Positions 1 through 9,769 of a DNA stretch of 64,000 nt are shown piece by piece. The position numbers and the translations under genes were made by a program. This DNA is from an uncultured Acidobacteriota bacterium (GTDB taxonomy: Bacteria > Acidobacteriota > UBA6911). Location: NCBI GenBank assembly GCA_963827655.1, contig CAWHCF010000026.1, positions 192,001 through 256,000 on the forward strand, in the 5' to 3' direction. Each line of letters begins with the position of its first letter. The first letter of the stretch is position 1. Under the pieces are notes generated by a model. The model had not been told where the DNA came from, did not search any database, and saw only the letters and a list, made by a program, of their open reading frames with translations.

Positions 1-2
1 AA

Positions 3-70
3 CTGCCGGGCCTTCGGCCCTGGTTAGCGGCGCCCGAACTTCTGTGCCTGCAAAATGTCCAAACTCCAGG
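3..70. repeat. REP/MITE-like dispersed repeat (copy 1; may extend beyond window start)
   Basis: CTGCCGGGCCTTCGGCCCTGG...CTTCTGTGC...AATGTCCAAACTCCAGG aligns by eye with 16543-16612; contains a GGGCC-TTC-GGCCC hairpin. Confidence 0.7.
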
Positions 71-81
71 CCGGACATATT

Positions 82-2013
82 TCACCGGTCTTCGGCAGCG
101 ACCTTGCCCTGCTGCCGGGCCTTTTCGACCACGCTGATGAAGACGTCCTCCAGCGAAAAGCGCCCCTCCCGCGCGCTGATGACCCGGATGCCGTTGGCTT
201 CGAGGCTCCGGGTTGTGACTTGCTTGCTCCGTTCGGCGTCCTGATCCGTGATGAAGTGAAGTCGATCGCCAAACAGTGACACGCGCCAGGGCTCGTGGTC
301 TTTCTTGAGTAGATCTGCGGCGCCCTGGGGCTGATCGACTATGAATTCCAGCAGATGACCGGTCTGCCGGCTCTTGATGCTGCCCGGGCTCCCCTCGACC
401 ACCAGTTCCCCTGCCACCATCAGCCCCAGGCGATTACATTGCTCGGATTCTTCGAGATAGTGCGTGGTTACCAGGATTGCGGCGCCGGCATCCGCCAGCC
501 GGTTGATCATGGTCCAGAAAGAGCGCCGGGCCAGGGGATCGACGCCCGAGGTCGGCTCGTCGAGGAAAAGCACGCTCGGCTCATGCATGATCGCGGCGCC
601 AAAGGCCACGCGCTGCTTCCACCCTCCGGGCAGGCTCCTCGTGACTTGATCTTGCTTTCCCTCGAGTCCCGAGAATGAAAGCACCCACTGCCGCTTTTCT
701 TTGCGCTCGCGCTCGGGCACGCCGTAAACGCCGGCAAAGAAGTCGAGATTCTCTTGAATCGAAAGTTCGTCGTAGAGTGAAAATTTTTGCGACATGTAAC
801 CGATCCTCTGCCGTACGTCTCCGGACCGCAAGCGGCCGCGTTCGCCGGCGAGTTGTATGTCTCCGCGGGTCGGATCGAGCAGACCGCACAGCATCTTGAT
901 GGTTGTCGTTTTGCCGGCTCCATTCGCTCCCAGAAGTCCGTAAATTTCCCCATATCGGACCTGAAGGCTGAGGTCGGTTACGGCGGTGAACGAACCAAAC
1001 TGTTTGGTGAGATTGGTTGCGCCGATCGCGATCTGGCCGCGCAGATGCCGGTGGTCGTGGGATCCTGGAAACGGGATCTCGCGCGCCTCTTGCCCCAGGC
1101 TGCGCAGCGTGGCGACGAATGTGTTTTCGAGAGTCGGCTCGTCGATGCGAATCTCGTCGATGGCATGCCCGGCGGCCCTCAGTCTCTCTTCCAGAATGCG
1201 TTTCCCTCGCTCCGGCTCGCGTACCAGAAGATCGAGACGGTCGCCGAATCGCTGCGCGTCCACAATTTCCTGATCCGGTCCGCTGATTTCAGAAAGCGCC
1301 CGGTGAGCTTCGCCAAGGTTTTGCGTGCGGAGTTCAAGCCGTTTCGCATTCAAGCCGGCCCGAAGTTGGTCCGGCGTGCCGATCTGCCGGATTTCACCGA
1401 GGTGCATCAACGCCACCCGATGACACCTCTCCGCTTCATCCAGATAGGGAGTGGCCACGAGCAGCGTCAGACCGTCGGCAGCCAGATGGGCAAGAGTATC
1501 CCAGAACTCGCGCCGTGAGACGGGATCGACACCGGTGGTCGGCTCATCCAGCAGGAGGACCCGCGGCTCAGGCACGAGAGCGCAAACCAGGGCCAGCTTC
1601 TGCTTCATACCGCCGCTCAGGCGGCCTGCGAGCCTGTGTGCGAATCGGTCCATATCGAACATCTTCAAATATCGTTGGCCGCGAATCGTTATCTGGTCGG
1701 AGGCGACGCGACGCAGGTCGCCGATGTAGCGGATGTTTTCGGTGACGCTCAAGTCCGGGTACAGGCTGAATGCCTGAGTGAGATAGCCCGTCTGCGATCG
1801 CATGTCGCGCGCGGACCGTCCAAAAATCTCCGCGCTCCCCGATGTCGGTTCCATGACACCGGCGAGCACTTGAAACGTTGAGGTCTTGCCGGCCCCATCC
1901 GGGCCAATCAGGCCGAAGATCTCGCCCTCGCGGACCTCCAGTGATATCCCGCGAACGGCCTCGATCGAGCCGTAGCGCTTCCAAAGACCCCTGACCCGGA
2001 TAGCCGATTGCAT
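82..2013 (-). CDS. ybhF: ABC transporter ATP-binding protein with two ATPase domains (YbhF-like)
   Basis: Two Walker A (GPDGAGKT, GANGAGKT), LSGGMKQ/LPGGWKQ signatures, two LDEPT Walker B; downstream of HlyD and TetR genes. Confidence 0.85.
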   Translation of the reverse strand: MQSAIRVRGLWKRYGSIEAVRGISLEVREGEIFGLIGPDGAGKTSTFQVLAGVMEPTSGSAEIFGRSARDMRSQTGYLTQAFSLYPDLSVTENIRYIGDLRRVASDQITIRGQRYLKMFDMDRFAHRLAGRLSGGMKQKLALVCALVPEPRVLLLDEPTTGVDPVSRREFWDTLAHLAADGLTLLVATPYLDEAERCHRVALMHLGEIRQIGTPDQLRAGLNAKRLELRTQNLGEAHRALSEISGPDQEIVDAQRFGDRLDLLVREPERGKRILEERLRAAGHAIDEIRIDEPTLENTFVATLRSLGQEAREIPFPGSHDHRHLRGQIAIGATNLTKQFGSFTAVTDLSLQVRYGEIYGLLGANGAGKTTTIKMLCGLLDPTRGDIQLAGERGRLRSGDVRQRIGYMSQKFSLYDELSIQENLDFFAGVYGVPERERKEKRQWVLSFSGLEGKQDQVTRSLPGGWKQRVAFGAAIMHEPSVLFLDEPTSGVDPLARRSFWTMINRLADAGAAILVTTHYLEESEQCNRLGLMVAGELVVEGSPGSIKSRQTGHLLEFIVDQPQGAADLLKKDHEPWRVSLFGDRLHFITDQDAERSKQVTTRSLEANGIRVISAREGRFSLEDVFISVVEKARQQGKVAAEDR

Positions 2014-2057
2014 TGTGGTAAATCTGGTTCGCGTTTCCTGGTCTCGCGTCTTCGTGG

Positions 2058-3329
2058 TTAGTGCCTTTGCCGGACTTCGGGCCAGGTATCGCCTCGGACG
2101 AGAATCTCGCCGTCGGCCGGCATGCCCGGCTTGGCAAACCCGACCGCTCCCTTCAACAGGAGCTTGACTCCGACGACTTGCTTTACGCGATCCTCGCGGA
2201 AGTACGTGTTTTCGGGCGTGAACATGGCTTGCGGATCAATCCGGGAAACATAGGCCTCGATCGGCTGGTTCGGATCTGAATCCAGGTAAACCCGCGCGGC
2301 TTGCCCGACTTTGACCTTGCCGATCTGTCCTTCCGGCACAAAGCCGCGCAGATAGACGGTGCCGAGGTCGAGCAGGGTGATAAGAGGAGTCCCCGCCGCC
2401 ACCACTTCTCCCGGTTCCGCGGCGCGCGTCATCACCGTCCCGCTGAATGGAGCTTTGACGATCAGATCTTCACGGTTGGCCCGGGCTTCGGCGAGCTGGG
2501 CGCGAGCTCTTTCCGTCTGGGCGGTGGCGCTTGCTATTTCCGCCTGTTGCTGCGCCATCTGCTTGCGCACGGCCGCGGCCTCGGCTCCACGAATGCCCGA
2601 ATTTGACAGGCTTGCCTTGGCTGCGGTCAGCGCACCCAGCGCCGCTTCGACGCGGCGTTTCGCGGCTGCCACGGCCGCCGCCTGCTGATCGGCGGTGGTG
2701 GCGGCTTGCTTTCCCTGACGCTCTGAAACGGCTCCGGTCTTCGCCAGCCGCGTATACGCCTCTTTATCGAATGCCGCAAGCTGATAAGCCGTCTCCTGTT
2801 GAACGAGATCCGCCTCAGCCGCGGCCAGGTCAGCGGTGGCCTGCCGCACGCGCCCTTCCGCATCAATTTCCGCCTGTTCCCCCAGCAATTGATTCTGCCG
2901 CAACTGCTCCTGAAGGACGGCAATCTGATCTAGCGCCGCTTTCGCCTTTGCCTCCGCTTCCGAAACCATGGCGCGGGCTTGCTCCTCGCGTGCCCGCACC
3001 TGCTGGTCATCCAGAATCGCAATCACCTCTCCCGCATTGACGCTGTCTCCCTCCCGGACGCGGATTTCGAGAATGCGGCCGCCGGTTTTCGGCGCCACTG
3101 CGGAGTCGTCACCCTCGATCCGGCCGCTCAGGATCACGATATTGTCGGGTACGCGAGGGGTGGCAAAGAACCTGGTCCAGATCAGGAATGCGGCAGAGGC
3201 GAGCAAGACTAAAAGCATCAGCCCGACGATCTTGCGGCGATGGCCCGGACGGCCTGGCGGCGGAGACGCCGGCTGCGACTGAGGCTGATGGGATTGCGAA
3301 CGGGTTTCGGCTGCCGGTTGTTCTGTCAT
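2058..3329 (-). CDS. HlyD-family efflux periplasmic adaptor (YbhG-like)
   Basis: N-terminal TM helix, lipoyl half-motifs (VREGDSVNAGEVIA; APFSGTV...EPGEVVAAG), coiled coil, FTPEN motif; ATG 3329 overlaps the TetR stop (ATGA). Confidence 0.85.
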   Translation of the reverse strand: MTEQPAAETRSQSHQPQSQPASPPPGRPGHRRKIVGLMLLVLLASAAFLIWTRFFATPRVPDNIVILSGRIEGDDSAVAPKTGGRILEIRVREGDSVNAGEVIAILDDQQVRAREEQARAMVSEAEAKAKAALDQIAVLQEQLRQNQLLGEQAEIDAEGRVRQATADLAAAEADLVQQETAYQLAAFDKEAYTRLAKTGAVSERQGKQAATTADQQAAAVAAAKRRVEAALGALTAAKASLSNSGIRGAEAAAVRKQMAQQQAEIASATAQTERARAQLAEARANREDLIVKAPFSGTVMTRAAEPGEVVAAGTPLITLLDLGTVYLRGFVPEGQIGKVKVGQAARVYLDSDPNQPIEAYVSRIDPQAMFTPENTYFREDRVKQVVGVKLLLKGAVGFAKPGMPADGEILVRGDTWPEVRQRH

Positions 3330-4000
3330 TTCCGCCTGCTTGGATGCCTGGTCGATGTGCGTTGCCTCCGGCTGGTCCCGGCCGAAGCAAGATAGGCGAG
3401 GGAAAAGTCGGCAATGTGGTCGGCAATGCGATCGAGTTGCTCGGGCGTCAGCTTCAGTTCTGGCCACAGCCGAACTACGACGCGACGCGCATGTGGATAA
3501 TGAACTATCTGTCCGACGATGCTGTGGGTGCAGAGCCGGGTCTTTTCGTGGTCGCGGGGCAAGTTGAGGATAGCGCCGATAATGTGGCGCAGCCGGTTGT
3601 AAATTGGCCGAATCGCCTCGTCGATGACGCGCGACATCGCCGGCGTGGGCTGCGCCAGCTCGTGCACAATCAGGCGGAACCAGCGATCGGAATTAGGGTC
3701 GCCGCCGATCTTTCGGACCATGGCCTTGATCACTTGCCTCAGAATTTCTTCCGGCGGACCCACCTGATCGAGTGCGTTGCGAATGGCCTCGTTTTGGGCG
3801 GCACCGACCGATCGGCGCAGCACTTCGGTATACAGCTCCAGCTTGTCGCCAAAGTGATAGTTTACCGCCGCGACGTTGGCGCCTGCGCGCATGCAGATCT
3901 CGCGCACAGTGGCCGAGTGATAACCATGTTCCGCAAAGACCTGGCCGGCGGCTTCGAGCAGTTTGTTGCGAGTGGCATCGTAGGCGGCGGGGTTGATCAT
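3326..4000 (-). CDS. cecR: TetR-family regulator, CecR/YbiH-like
   Basis: TetR HTH (TRNKLLEAAGQVFAEHGYHSATVREICMRAGANVAAVNYHFGDK); heads a ybhG-ybhF-like operon. Confidence 0.75.
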   Translation of the reverse strand: MINPAAYDATRNKLLEAAGQVFAEHGYHSATVREICMRAGANVAAVNYHFGDKLELYTEVLRRSVGAAQNEAIRNALDQVGPPEEILRQVIKAMVRKIGGDPNSDRWFRLIVHELAQPTPAMSRVIDEAIRPIYNRLRHIIGAILNLPRDHEKTRLCTHSIVGQIVHYPHARRVVVRLWPELKLTPEQLDRIADHIADFSLAYLASAGTSRRQRTSTRHPSRRK

Positions 4001-4008
4001 GATCTTCC

Positions 4009-4046
4009 TTAAACGTACATTTTAAACGCGTGTTTGATGAAGTCAA
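4009..4046 (-). promoter_or_regulatory. sigma70-like promoter overlapped by palindromic TetR operator candidates
   Basis: Minus strand TTGACT(4046-4041)-16 nt-TAAAAT(4024-4019); imperfect palindromes TTAAACGCGTGTTTGA (4022-4037) and TTAAACGTACATTTTA (4009-4024). Confidence 0.55.
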
Positions 4047-4051
4047 GCCGG

Positions 4052-4139
4052 TTTTCTTAGTGTTCTTCGTGTCTTGGTGTCCTAGTGGTATTTGTTTGGC
4101 AACTCTAACCACGAAGACACGAAGAAACACCAAGAAAAC
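4052..4139. repeat. 9-bp-period (CACGAAGA-type) inverted repeat element
   Basis: TTCTTAGTGTTCTTCGTGTCTTGGTGTCCTAGTGGT...ACCACGAAGACACGAAGAAACACCAAGAAAA; closely related copy at 57180-57270. Confidence 0.75.
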
Positions 4140-4242
4140 GACGAAGTTGGCTGATAGATTTCGCAATTCTCAGCGTCTTTATTTTGGGGGAAAAGGCCAA
4201 AATTCTTGATTATGTTCGCTCGGTCGGTAGAATAAACAACGC

Positions 4243-6721
4243 ATGGATCTTGCAACCATAAGCCGAATCGCACAGGATGCCGGGTTGCCGGAGTCATTTG
4301 TATCCGCTGCGGTCGCTCTTTTCGAAGACGGAGCAACTTTTGCGTTTGTCGCCCGCTATCGCAGGGAAGCTACCGGCGGATTGGACGAAGCGCAGTTGCG
4401 CTCCATTCAGGAACTCGCCGCTCATTACAAGGAACTGCAAAGCCGGCGCGCTGTCATTCTCAAGTCTATTGCCGATCAGGGAAAACTGACGGACGAACTC
4501 CGTCTGAAAATTGATGCCTGCTTTGTGCGAGCGGAGCTCGAGGATCTTTTTCTCCCATTCAGGCTCAAGCGGAAGAGCCGATCGGCGGAGTGGGCAGGTA
4601 AGGGCATCGAGCCCCTGGCGGAATATCTCTGGAACCAGGAGACCGACGCCTGGAGCCCCGAGGAGCATATCGATGTTTTCATCGATCCCGAGAAGGGCAT
4701 TGCCAGCCGGGAAGAAGCGCTCAAAGGCGCCACCGAGATCTTGGCCGATTGGATTTCGGAAAACGGCGAAGCCCGCAAGGCTCTGCGGGAGATGATGTGG
4801 AATGACGGCTTCATCGTGTCCAAGGTAGTTCCAGCCAGAAGCGAGCAGAAAACCAAGTACAACATGTACTACGACAGGAAAGAGGCGATTTCCTCCATAC
4901 CTTGCCACCGAGTCCTGGCTATCCGGCGAGGCACCAAGGAGGGGATCCTCACGTCGTTCATCGAATCCGATGATGAAAAGGCGATCAATTTTCTTCTCGA
5001 TACCGTGATTCGAGACCGGGAATCAGCGTTCGCCCCTGTATTGGAAGCTGCCGTACGGGATAGTTATGCCCGGCTCATCCGCCCGGGGATTGAAAGCGAC
5101 GTTCGCGCTCAACTCAAGGAGCGGGCCGATCGCGAGGCGATTCGTGTCTTTCAGGACAACCTGGCCCATCTTCTCCTGTCGCCGCCGGCCGGGTCCATAG
5201 TGGCCATGGGCATAGATCCTGGAAAAGGTGCCGAACGCAAGCTTGCCGTGGTCGATGAAACGGGTAAGTTTCTGGAAGAGTCGGCGATTTCCGCGGAGGC
5301 GGATATCGAGGTGACGCGCGCCACCCTGAAAGAAATGATTGCGAAACACAACGTTCGGGCGGTTGCAGTCGCGAATGGCACGGGTTCGCGCGATACAGAG
5401 TTGACGGTCCGCCAGACGCTGGAGGAAAAAGAATTCGAGAGCGTCTTCACCGCCGGGGTCAATGACGCAGGAATTACCGTCTATTCCACCTCTCGGCTTG
5501 CGCGTGAGGAATTCCCCGAGCTGGAGGCTGGGGTCCGAAGCGCCGTCAGTATTGCGCGGCGTCTGCAGGATCCGTTGGCCGAGCTGGTGAAGGTAGATCC
5601 GAAATTGATCGGCGTGGGACAGTATCAGCACGATGTAGATCAGAAAGAGCTGCACCGGGGTCTGGTCGTGACCGTGCAATCTTGCGTGAACCAGGTCGGC
5701 GTCGATTTGAACAGCGCCGACGTCTCCCTGTTGCGCTATGTCGCAGGAATCAACGACGGTTTGGCGCGGAGAATTGTGGCGCACCGCAATGCCAACGGAC
5801 CCTTCGCGAGCCGCGCTTCGCTTTTGGAGGTTCCGGGGATAAGCGAGAAAGCCTTCCAGCAAGCGGCGGGTTTTGTTCGGGTCGAGGGTGAGAACGTGCT
5901 GGATAAAACGTCCATTCATCCCGAGTCGTACCCGATTGTGGAGAAGATGGCAGCCGCCGCGGGAGTGCCGATCAGTGAATTGATCGAGAATAAAACGCTT
6001 CTGTCCAGCCTGAACCTGGAGGAATTTGTCACTGATTCAGCGACCCTTCCAGCGCTTAACAACATACGGGAAGAATTGATCAAGCCCGCGCGCGATCCCC
6101 GCAAGGCCTTCACGGTTCCCAGATTCCGCGCCGATGTCAAACAGATCGATGATCTCAAAGAGGGAATGAGTCTGGAGGGCACGGTCACCAACGTTACGAA
6201 TTTTGGCGCCTTCGTCGATATCGGCGTCCGCCAGGATGGACTGGTCCACTTGAGCCAGATGTCCAATCGGTTCATCAGGGATCCACGGTCGGCCGTCCAG
6301 GTTGGGGATGTGGTAAAGGTGAAGGTCATTTCGGTGGAAGCGGAGACCAAGCGCATCGGACTGTCGATGAAAGCTCTTCTTCCTCCCTTGCGCCGCAGGC
6401 GCAAGCGATCGCCAAGGCGAGGCGCGAGACCACAGCCGGCTTCTTCGATTCCAGGCGAGCTAGGGGCGGAAATCTCCGTGGCGGCGGATTCAGGCTCAGC
6501 GCCGGATGGGGCCGTGCCCGAGGCGTCCTCACCGCGCACCTGCAGCCAGGCGGGCAGACGGACGGCCTCGTCGTGGTCCTCGCCGGCGACGCCGCGACCG
6601 GTCTAGACCGCCGGAACTGGAGCGGGCCGACACCGTCGCGCCCGAGGATGCCAAGCTGCCCGAGCCCACGTTTCAGGAAAAAATAGCCGCCTTGCAGTCC
6701 AAGTTTCGAGGAATCAGCTAA
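4243..6721 (+). CDS. tex: Tex/YhgF transcription accessory protein with S1 domain (+1 frameshift near 6530-6545)
   Basis: FVARYRREATGGLDE, GIDPG, SIARRLQDPLAELVKVDPKLIGVGQYQHDV, S1 motif GTVTNVTNFGAFVDIG; plausible C-terminus (FQEKIAALQSKFRGIS) in the next frame (6506-6721). Confidence 0.9.
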
Positions 6722-6723
6722 AC

Positions 6724-6912
6724 GATTGCGGATTTCAGATTGCGGATTGCGGATTTTAAAAAGAGTGCCGTTTGATAGTCGCGTAGCCGCTAGAGTTCTC
6801 CCGCTTGCGATTTCAGATTATTTCAGATTGCAGATTCTAATAACGGTGTCGCTGGATGGTTGGCATAACCGATAAGTTCAATCCGCAATCCGCAATCTGC
6901 AATCCGCAATCG
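6724..6912. repeat. Inverted heptamer arrays (GATTGCG)n / (AATCCGC)n
   Basis: GATTGCG GATTTCA GATTGCG GATTGCG at 6724-6757; AATCCGC AATCCGC AATCTGC AATCCGC at 6880-6912. Confidence 0.85.
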
Positions 6913-9423
6913 AGAAGTGCACGCTTGCTGCTCTTTGCCGCGGCATTCCTCATTGGCAAACTCCCGGTCCTGGCGCAGCTTGGCGGTCGTCCCGTTCCTG
7001 GCGCCTATCGAGGGTCGCAGCAATGTTTCAATTGTCATCAGGAACTGTTCTTCCAGACCTCGCACCGCGATTCGATGCAAGGACCGGAAGGGATCCTCAC
7101 GACGACCGTTGCTGGGCAGCGCGTCAGCATCTTCGACCCGCGCACCCCCGGGTACGATCAGTACGTCGCGCCATTTCAGGCATATTTCAACCCGCAAGAT
7201 GTTCTGTATACCGTAGGGGGGAAAGGGTGGGCCCAGCGCTTCGTGACGAGGGTAGTTCCGGCGCGGGGCGATCCGACCGATTCTGCACAGCGGTCGGTGC
7301 TGCCCGACAACGAGACGGTCATTATGGGCGTCCAGTGGAATCAGAGACAGGAACGCTGGGAGGATTTTCACGGACCACGAGGCGACAACACCTGGACGCA
7401 GACCAACTTCAACACGAAATGTGGAACCTGCCATGCAACCGGGTTTGAGCCTTCGGACACGTCCCGCGCCGGCCGTTGGGTAGAAGCGGGAATCGGCTGC
7501 GAGGCATGTCATGGAGCCAGCAGCGAGATAAATCCGATTACCCTGGATGCCAGGCAGTCCAACGAGATCTGCGGCTCGTGCCATACCAGGGGAACAAGCA
7601 GGACAGGAGTCTTTGAATTTCCTTGGAACAGCAGGCTCGGCGGCGCTTTCAGTCCGAAAAGTTCTCTCGACTCCTTCATCGATCAGGTGGCTCCGGCGAG
7701 CGACCACTTCTGGGTCGACGGCGAATCGAAGTCGCATCATCAGCAGTGGCCCGATTTCCAGTTGAGCCGCCACGTCACGGCTGGATTGACCTGTAACGAT
7801 TGTCACTCTCCTCACCGGAAGACGCACCCGGGACAGCTCAGAACCGACAGTGCCACTCTCTGTCTTTCGTGCCATTCCGCCCGCCTGCTGAACTCTGGAG
7901 ACCGGTTGCAGCATTCCCGGCACACCGACCGGCAGGCATCCTGCATCGATTGCCACATGCCCCGAACCGCCATGGCAGTGGAGGCGGGCGACATTCGTTC
8001 CCATACTTTCTTTGTGGTCGAGCCGCAAAAAACCCGGGATTTCGGTATCCCCTCGGGCTGCGCCGGCTGCCACACCAACGGTCCGGGAGAGCCGAAATCT
8101 CAGGCTGAGCTTGAGGAGCTGTTCCGTGAAATCGCGCCGAGTTTTCGCGAGACCGCACTGGCCTCCCTTCAGGCGGGCTCGAACCTCTGGACCGGATTCG
8201 CCCTCGCCAACCTGGGCAACCGCGCGGCGCGGCTCCTGTTCACTCTGTTCGACCCTCAGGGGAAAGTCATGAATGTGCCGGAGATACGAAATCCCCAGGT
8301 CGTGACCCTGGAACCCGGCAGGCAGGTCGCTTCCGTGATCGACAAGTTCTTCGGACCGGGGGTGACAGGAAAGCAGGGTTGGGTACGGCTCAGTCACTAC
8401 CAGCCGAGCCTGAAGGGATTCTATCTCGAAGGAGACGAAGCGGGCACGGAATTGACCGGCCTGACGGCGGAAGGCTTGTTGAGCCCGGCGTGGGTGACAC
8501 CGATTCTCTGGCCTGACGCTGAAAATCGGGTCAGCCTCTCGAATCTCTCGTCCGTGGATGCCACGGTGACGTTGACGCCCATGAGCCCTTCCGGATCCCA
8601 GTCCGGAAGCCCGTCGTTGGCATCGGTTCCGGCGCGAGGTCGACGGAGTTTTCTGATCCAGCAACTCTTCCCGGATCTCGCGCAGGGAAGCTATCTCGCG
8701 GTCCAGAGCAACGTCGCGTTACAGGGAGAGGTCACGGCTCTGCAGGGAAAGACGCTGGCCACCCTCGGGTTGTTTCCGGCAGGAACCGGCACGAGCTCGC
8801 TCACCATTCCGCACGCAATAGTCGGGGAAGGTTGGGACACCCGGTTGGTGATCTACAACGCCATGAACCGTAATGTCGAGATTCAGGTCCAGATGCGGCG
8901 CGATGGCTCCAGTTCAGCGCCATACAATGGGATAATTCGGCGCACTCTCGCTCCGGGCGCCATGTGGAACGAGGCGCTGTCACGGATCGTGCCGGTTTTC
9001 GACTCGCGAGTCGAAGGCTACATGCTGGTGCACACCACGAACCCTGCGGATCGTATTCAGGGGGCCGTCACTTTCGCTTCTCTGAACGGTGGCGGAGTTG
9101 CGGCGCTGCGCGCCGAGGGGAGCGGCCGTCGGCAGCTGATCTTCTCGCACGTAGCTCAAGGAGACGGTTACTGGACGGGGATGGCTCTGTTCTCTCCGAC
9201 GGGAGGGACCGCCCTGGTGGAACTCTACTCGAGCGAAGGGAACCGGTTGGCTTCTCGCGAAGTGACCCTGGGGGAACGGCGGGTGGCCACGCTGGACGTG
9301 TTGCTTCAGGTCGGCAACGTCAGAGGTGGGTACATCCAGGTCAAGTCCAGCTCCGAGATCTTCGGGTTCGAGCTTTTCGGAAACCTTCGCTCCAGCATTC
9401 TTGCCGCCGTCCCGCCGCAGTAG
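6856..9423 (+). CDS. Secreted octahaem c-type cytochrome fused to repeated beta-rich C-terminal domains (true start probably TTG 6925)
   Basis: 8 CxxCH motifs (CFNCH, CGTCH, CEACH, CGSCH, CNDCH, CLSCH, CIDCH, CAGCH); signal peptide LLLFAAAFLIGKLPVLA; the first ~23 codons overlap heptamer repeat. Confidence 0.85.
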   Translation: MVGITDKFNPQSAICNPQSRSARLLLFAAAFLIGKLPVLAQLGGRPVPGAYRGSQQCFNCHQELFFQTSHRDSMQGPEGILTTTVAGQRVSIFDPRTPGYDQYVAPFQAYFNPQDVLYTVGGKGWAQRFVTRVVPARGDPTDSAQRSVLPDNETVIMGVQWNQRQERWEDFHGPRGDNTWTQTNFNTKCGTCHATGFEPSDTSRAGRWVEAGIGCEACHGASSEINPITLDARQSNEICGSCHTRGTSRTGVFEFPWNSRLGGAFSPKSSLDSFIDQVAPASDHFWVDGESKSHHQQWPDFQLSRHVTAGLTCNDCHSPHRKTHPGQLRTDSATLCLSCHSARLLNSGDRLQHSRHTDRQASCIDCHMPRTAMAVEAGDIRSHTFFVVEPQKTRDFGIPSGCAGCHTNGPGEPKSQAELEELFREIAPSFRETALASLQAGSNLWTGFALANLGNRAARLLFTLFDPQGKVMNVPEIRNPQVVTLEPGRQVASVIDKFFGPGVTGKQGWVRLSHYQPSLKGFYLEGDEAGTELTGLTAEGLLSPAWVTPILWPDAENRVSLSNLSSVDATVTLTPMSPSGSQSGSPSLASVPARGRRSFLIQQLFPDLAQGSYLAVQSNVALQGEVTALQGKTLATLGLFPAGTGTSSLTIPHAIVGEGWDTRLVIYNAMNRNVEIQVQMRRDGSSSAPYNGIIRRTLAPGAMWNEALSRIVPVFDSRVEGYMLVHTTNPADRIQGAVTFASLNGGGVAALRAEGSGRRQLIFSHVAQGDGYWTGMALFSPTGGTALVELYSSEGNRLASREVTLGERRVATLDVLLQVGNVRGGYIQVKSSSEIFGFELFGNLRSSILAAVPPQ

Positions 9424-9432
9424 CGAAAACTC

Positions 9433-9470
9433 GAAACAAATACCACGAAGACACGAAGAAACACCAAGAA
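9433..9470. repeat. 9-bp-period repeat copy
   Basis: ACCACGAAGACACGAAGAAACACCAAGAA identical to the core at 4108-4136. Confidence 0.75.
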
Positions 9471-9506
9471 TTCTTGTCCTTCGAAGAAGCGGCCGACATT
9501 CAGGAA

Positions 9507-9738
9507 TCAATCCCACGAAGCCCGCTCACGTTCTACGTGTTTTGCCGCGTCGACACCTTGCCAGTGTTCCTTTCCGAGACCGCGGAGTTTGAGGATTGAG
9601 AGCGGCTTCGGCGCTTCGAGCGCTTCGCTCAGGATATGCGTGACCTCTTGGGCGACCGAACGCCGTTCACGTTTAGCGCGGGCTTGGAGCTTGCGGTAAA
9701 GACCGTCCGGCAGGTTCTTGACAATCAGAGTTGCGCAT
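9507..9738 (-). CDS. FitA/Arc-like ribbon-helix-helix antitoxin-type protein (extra base after ATG)
   Basis: ATLIVKNLPDGLYRKLQARAKRERRSVAQEVTHILSEAL RHH pattern; ATG-C-GCA-ACT suggests MAT... start with +1 indel; no PIN toxin adjacent. Confidence 0.65.
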
Positions 9739-9769
9739 TGCCACGGCGTCCTCCAAGAAAGCGCCGAGG

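Noticed and set aside
6823-8664. Long antisense ORFs (also 11506-12651, 14818-15999, 21347-22657)
   Set aside because: Shadow frames of well-supported genes in GC-rich DNA; no recognisable motifs
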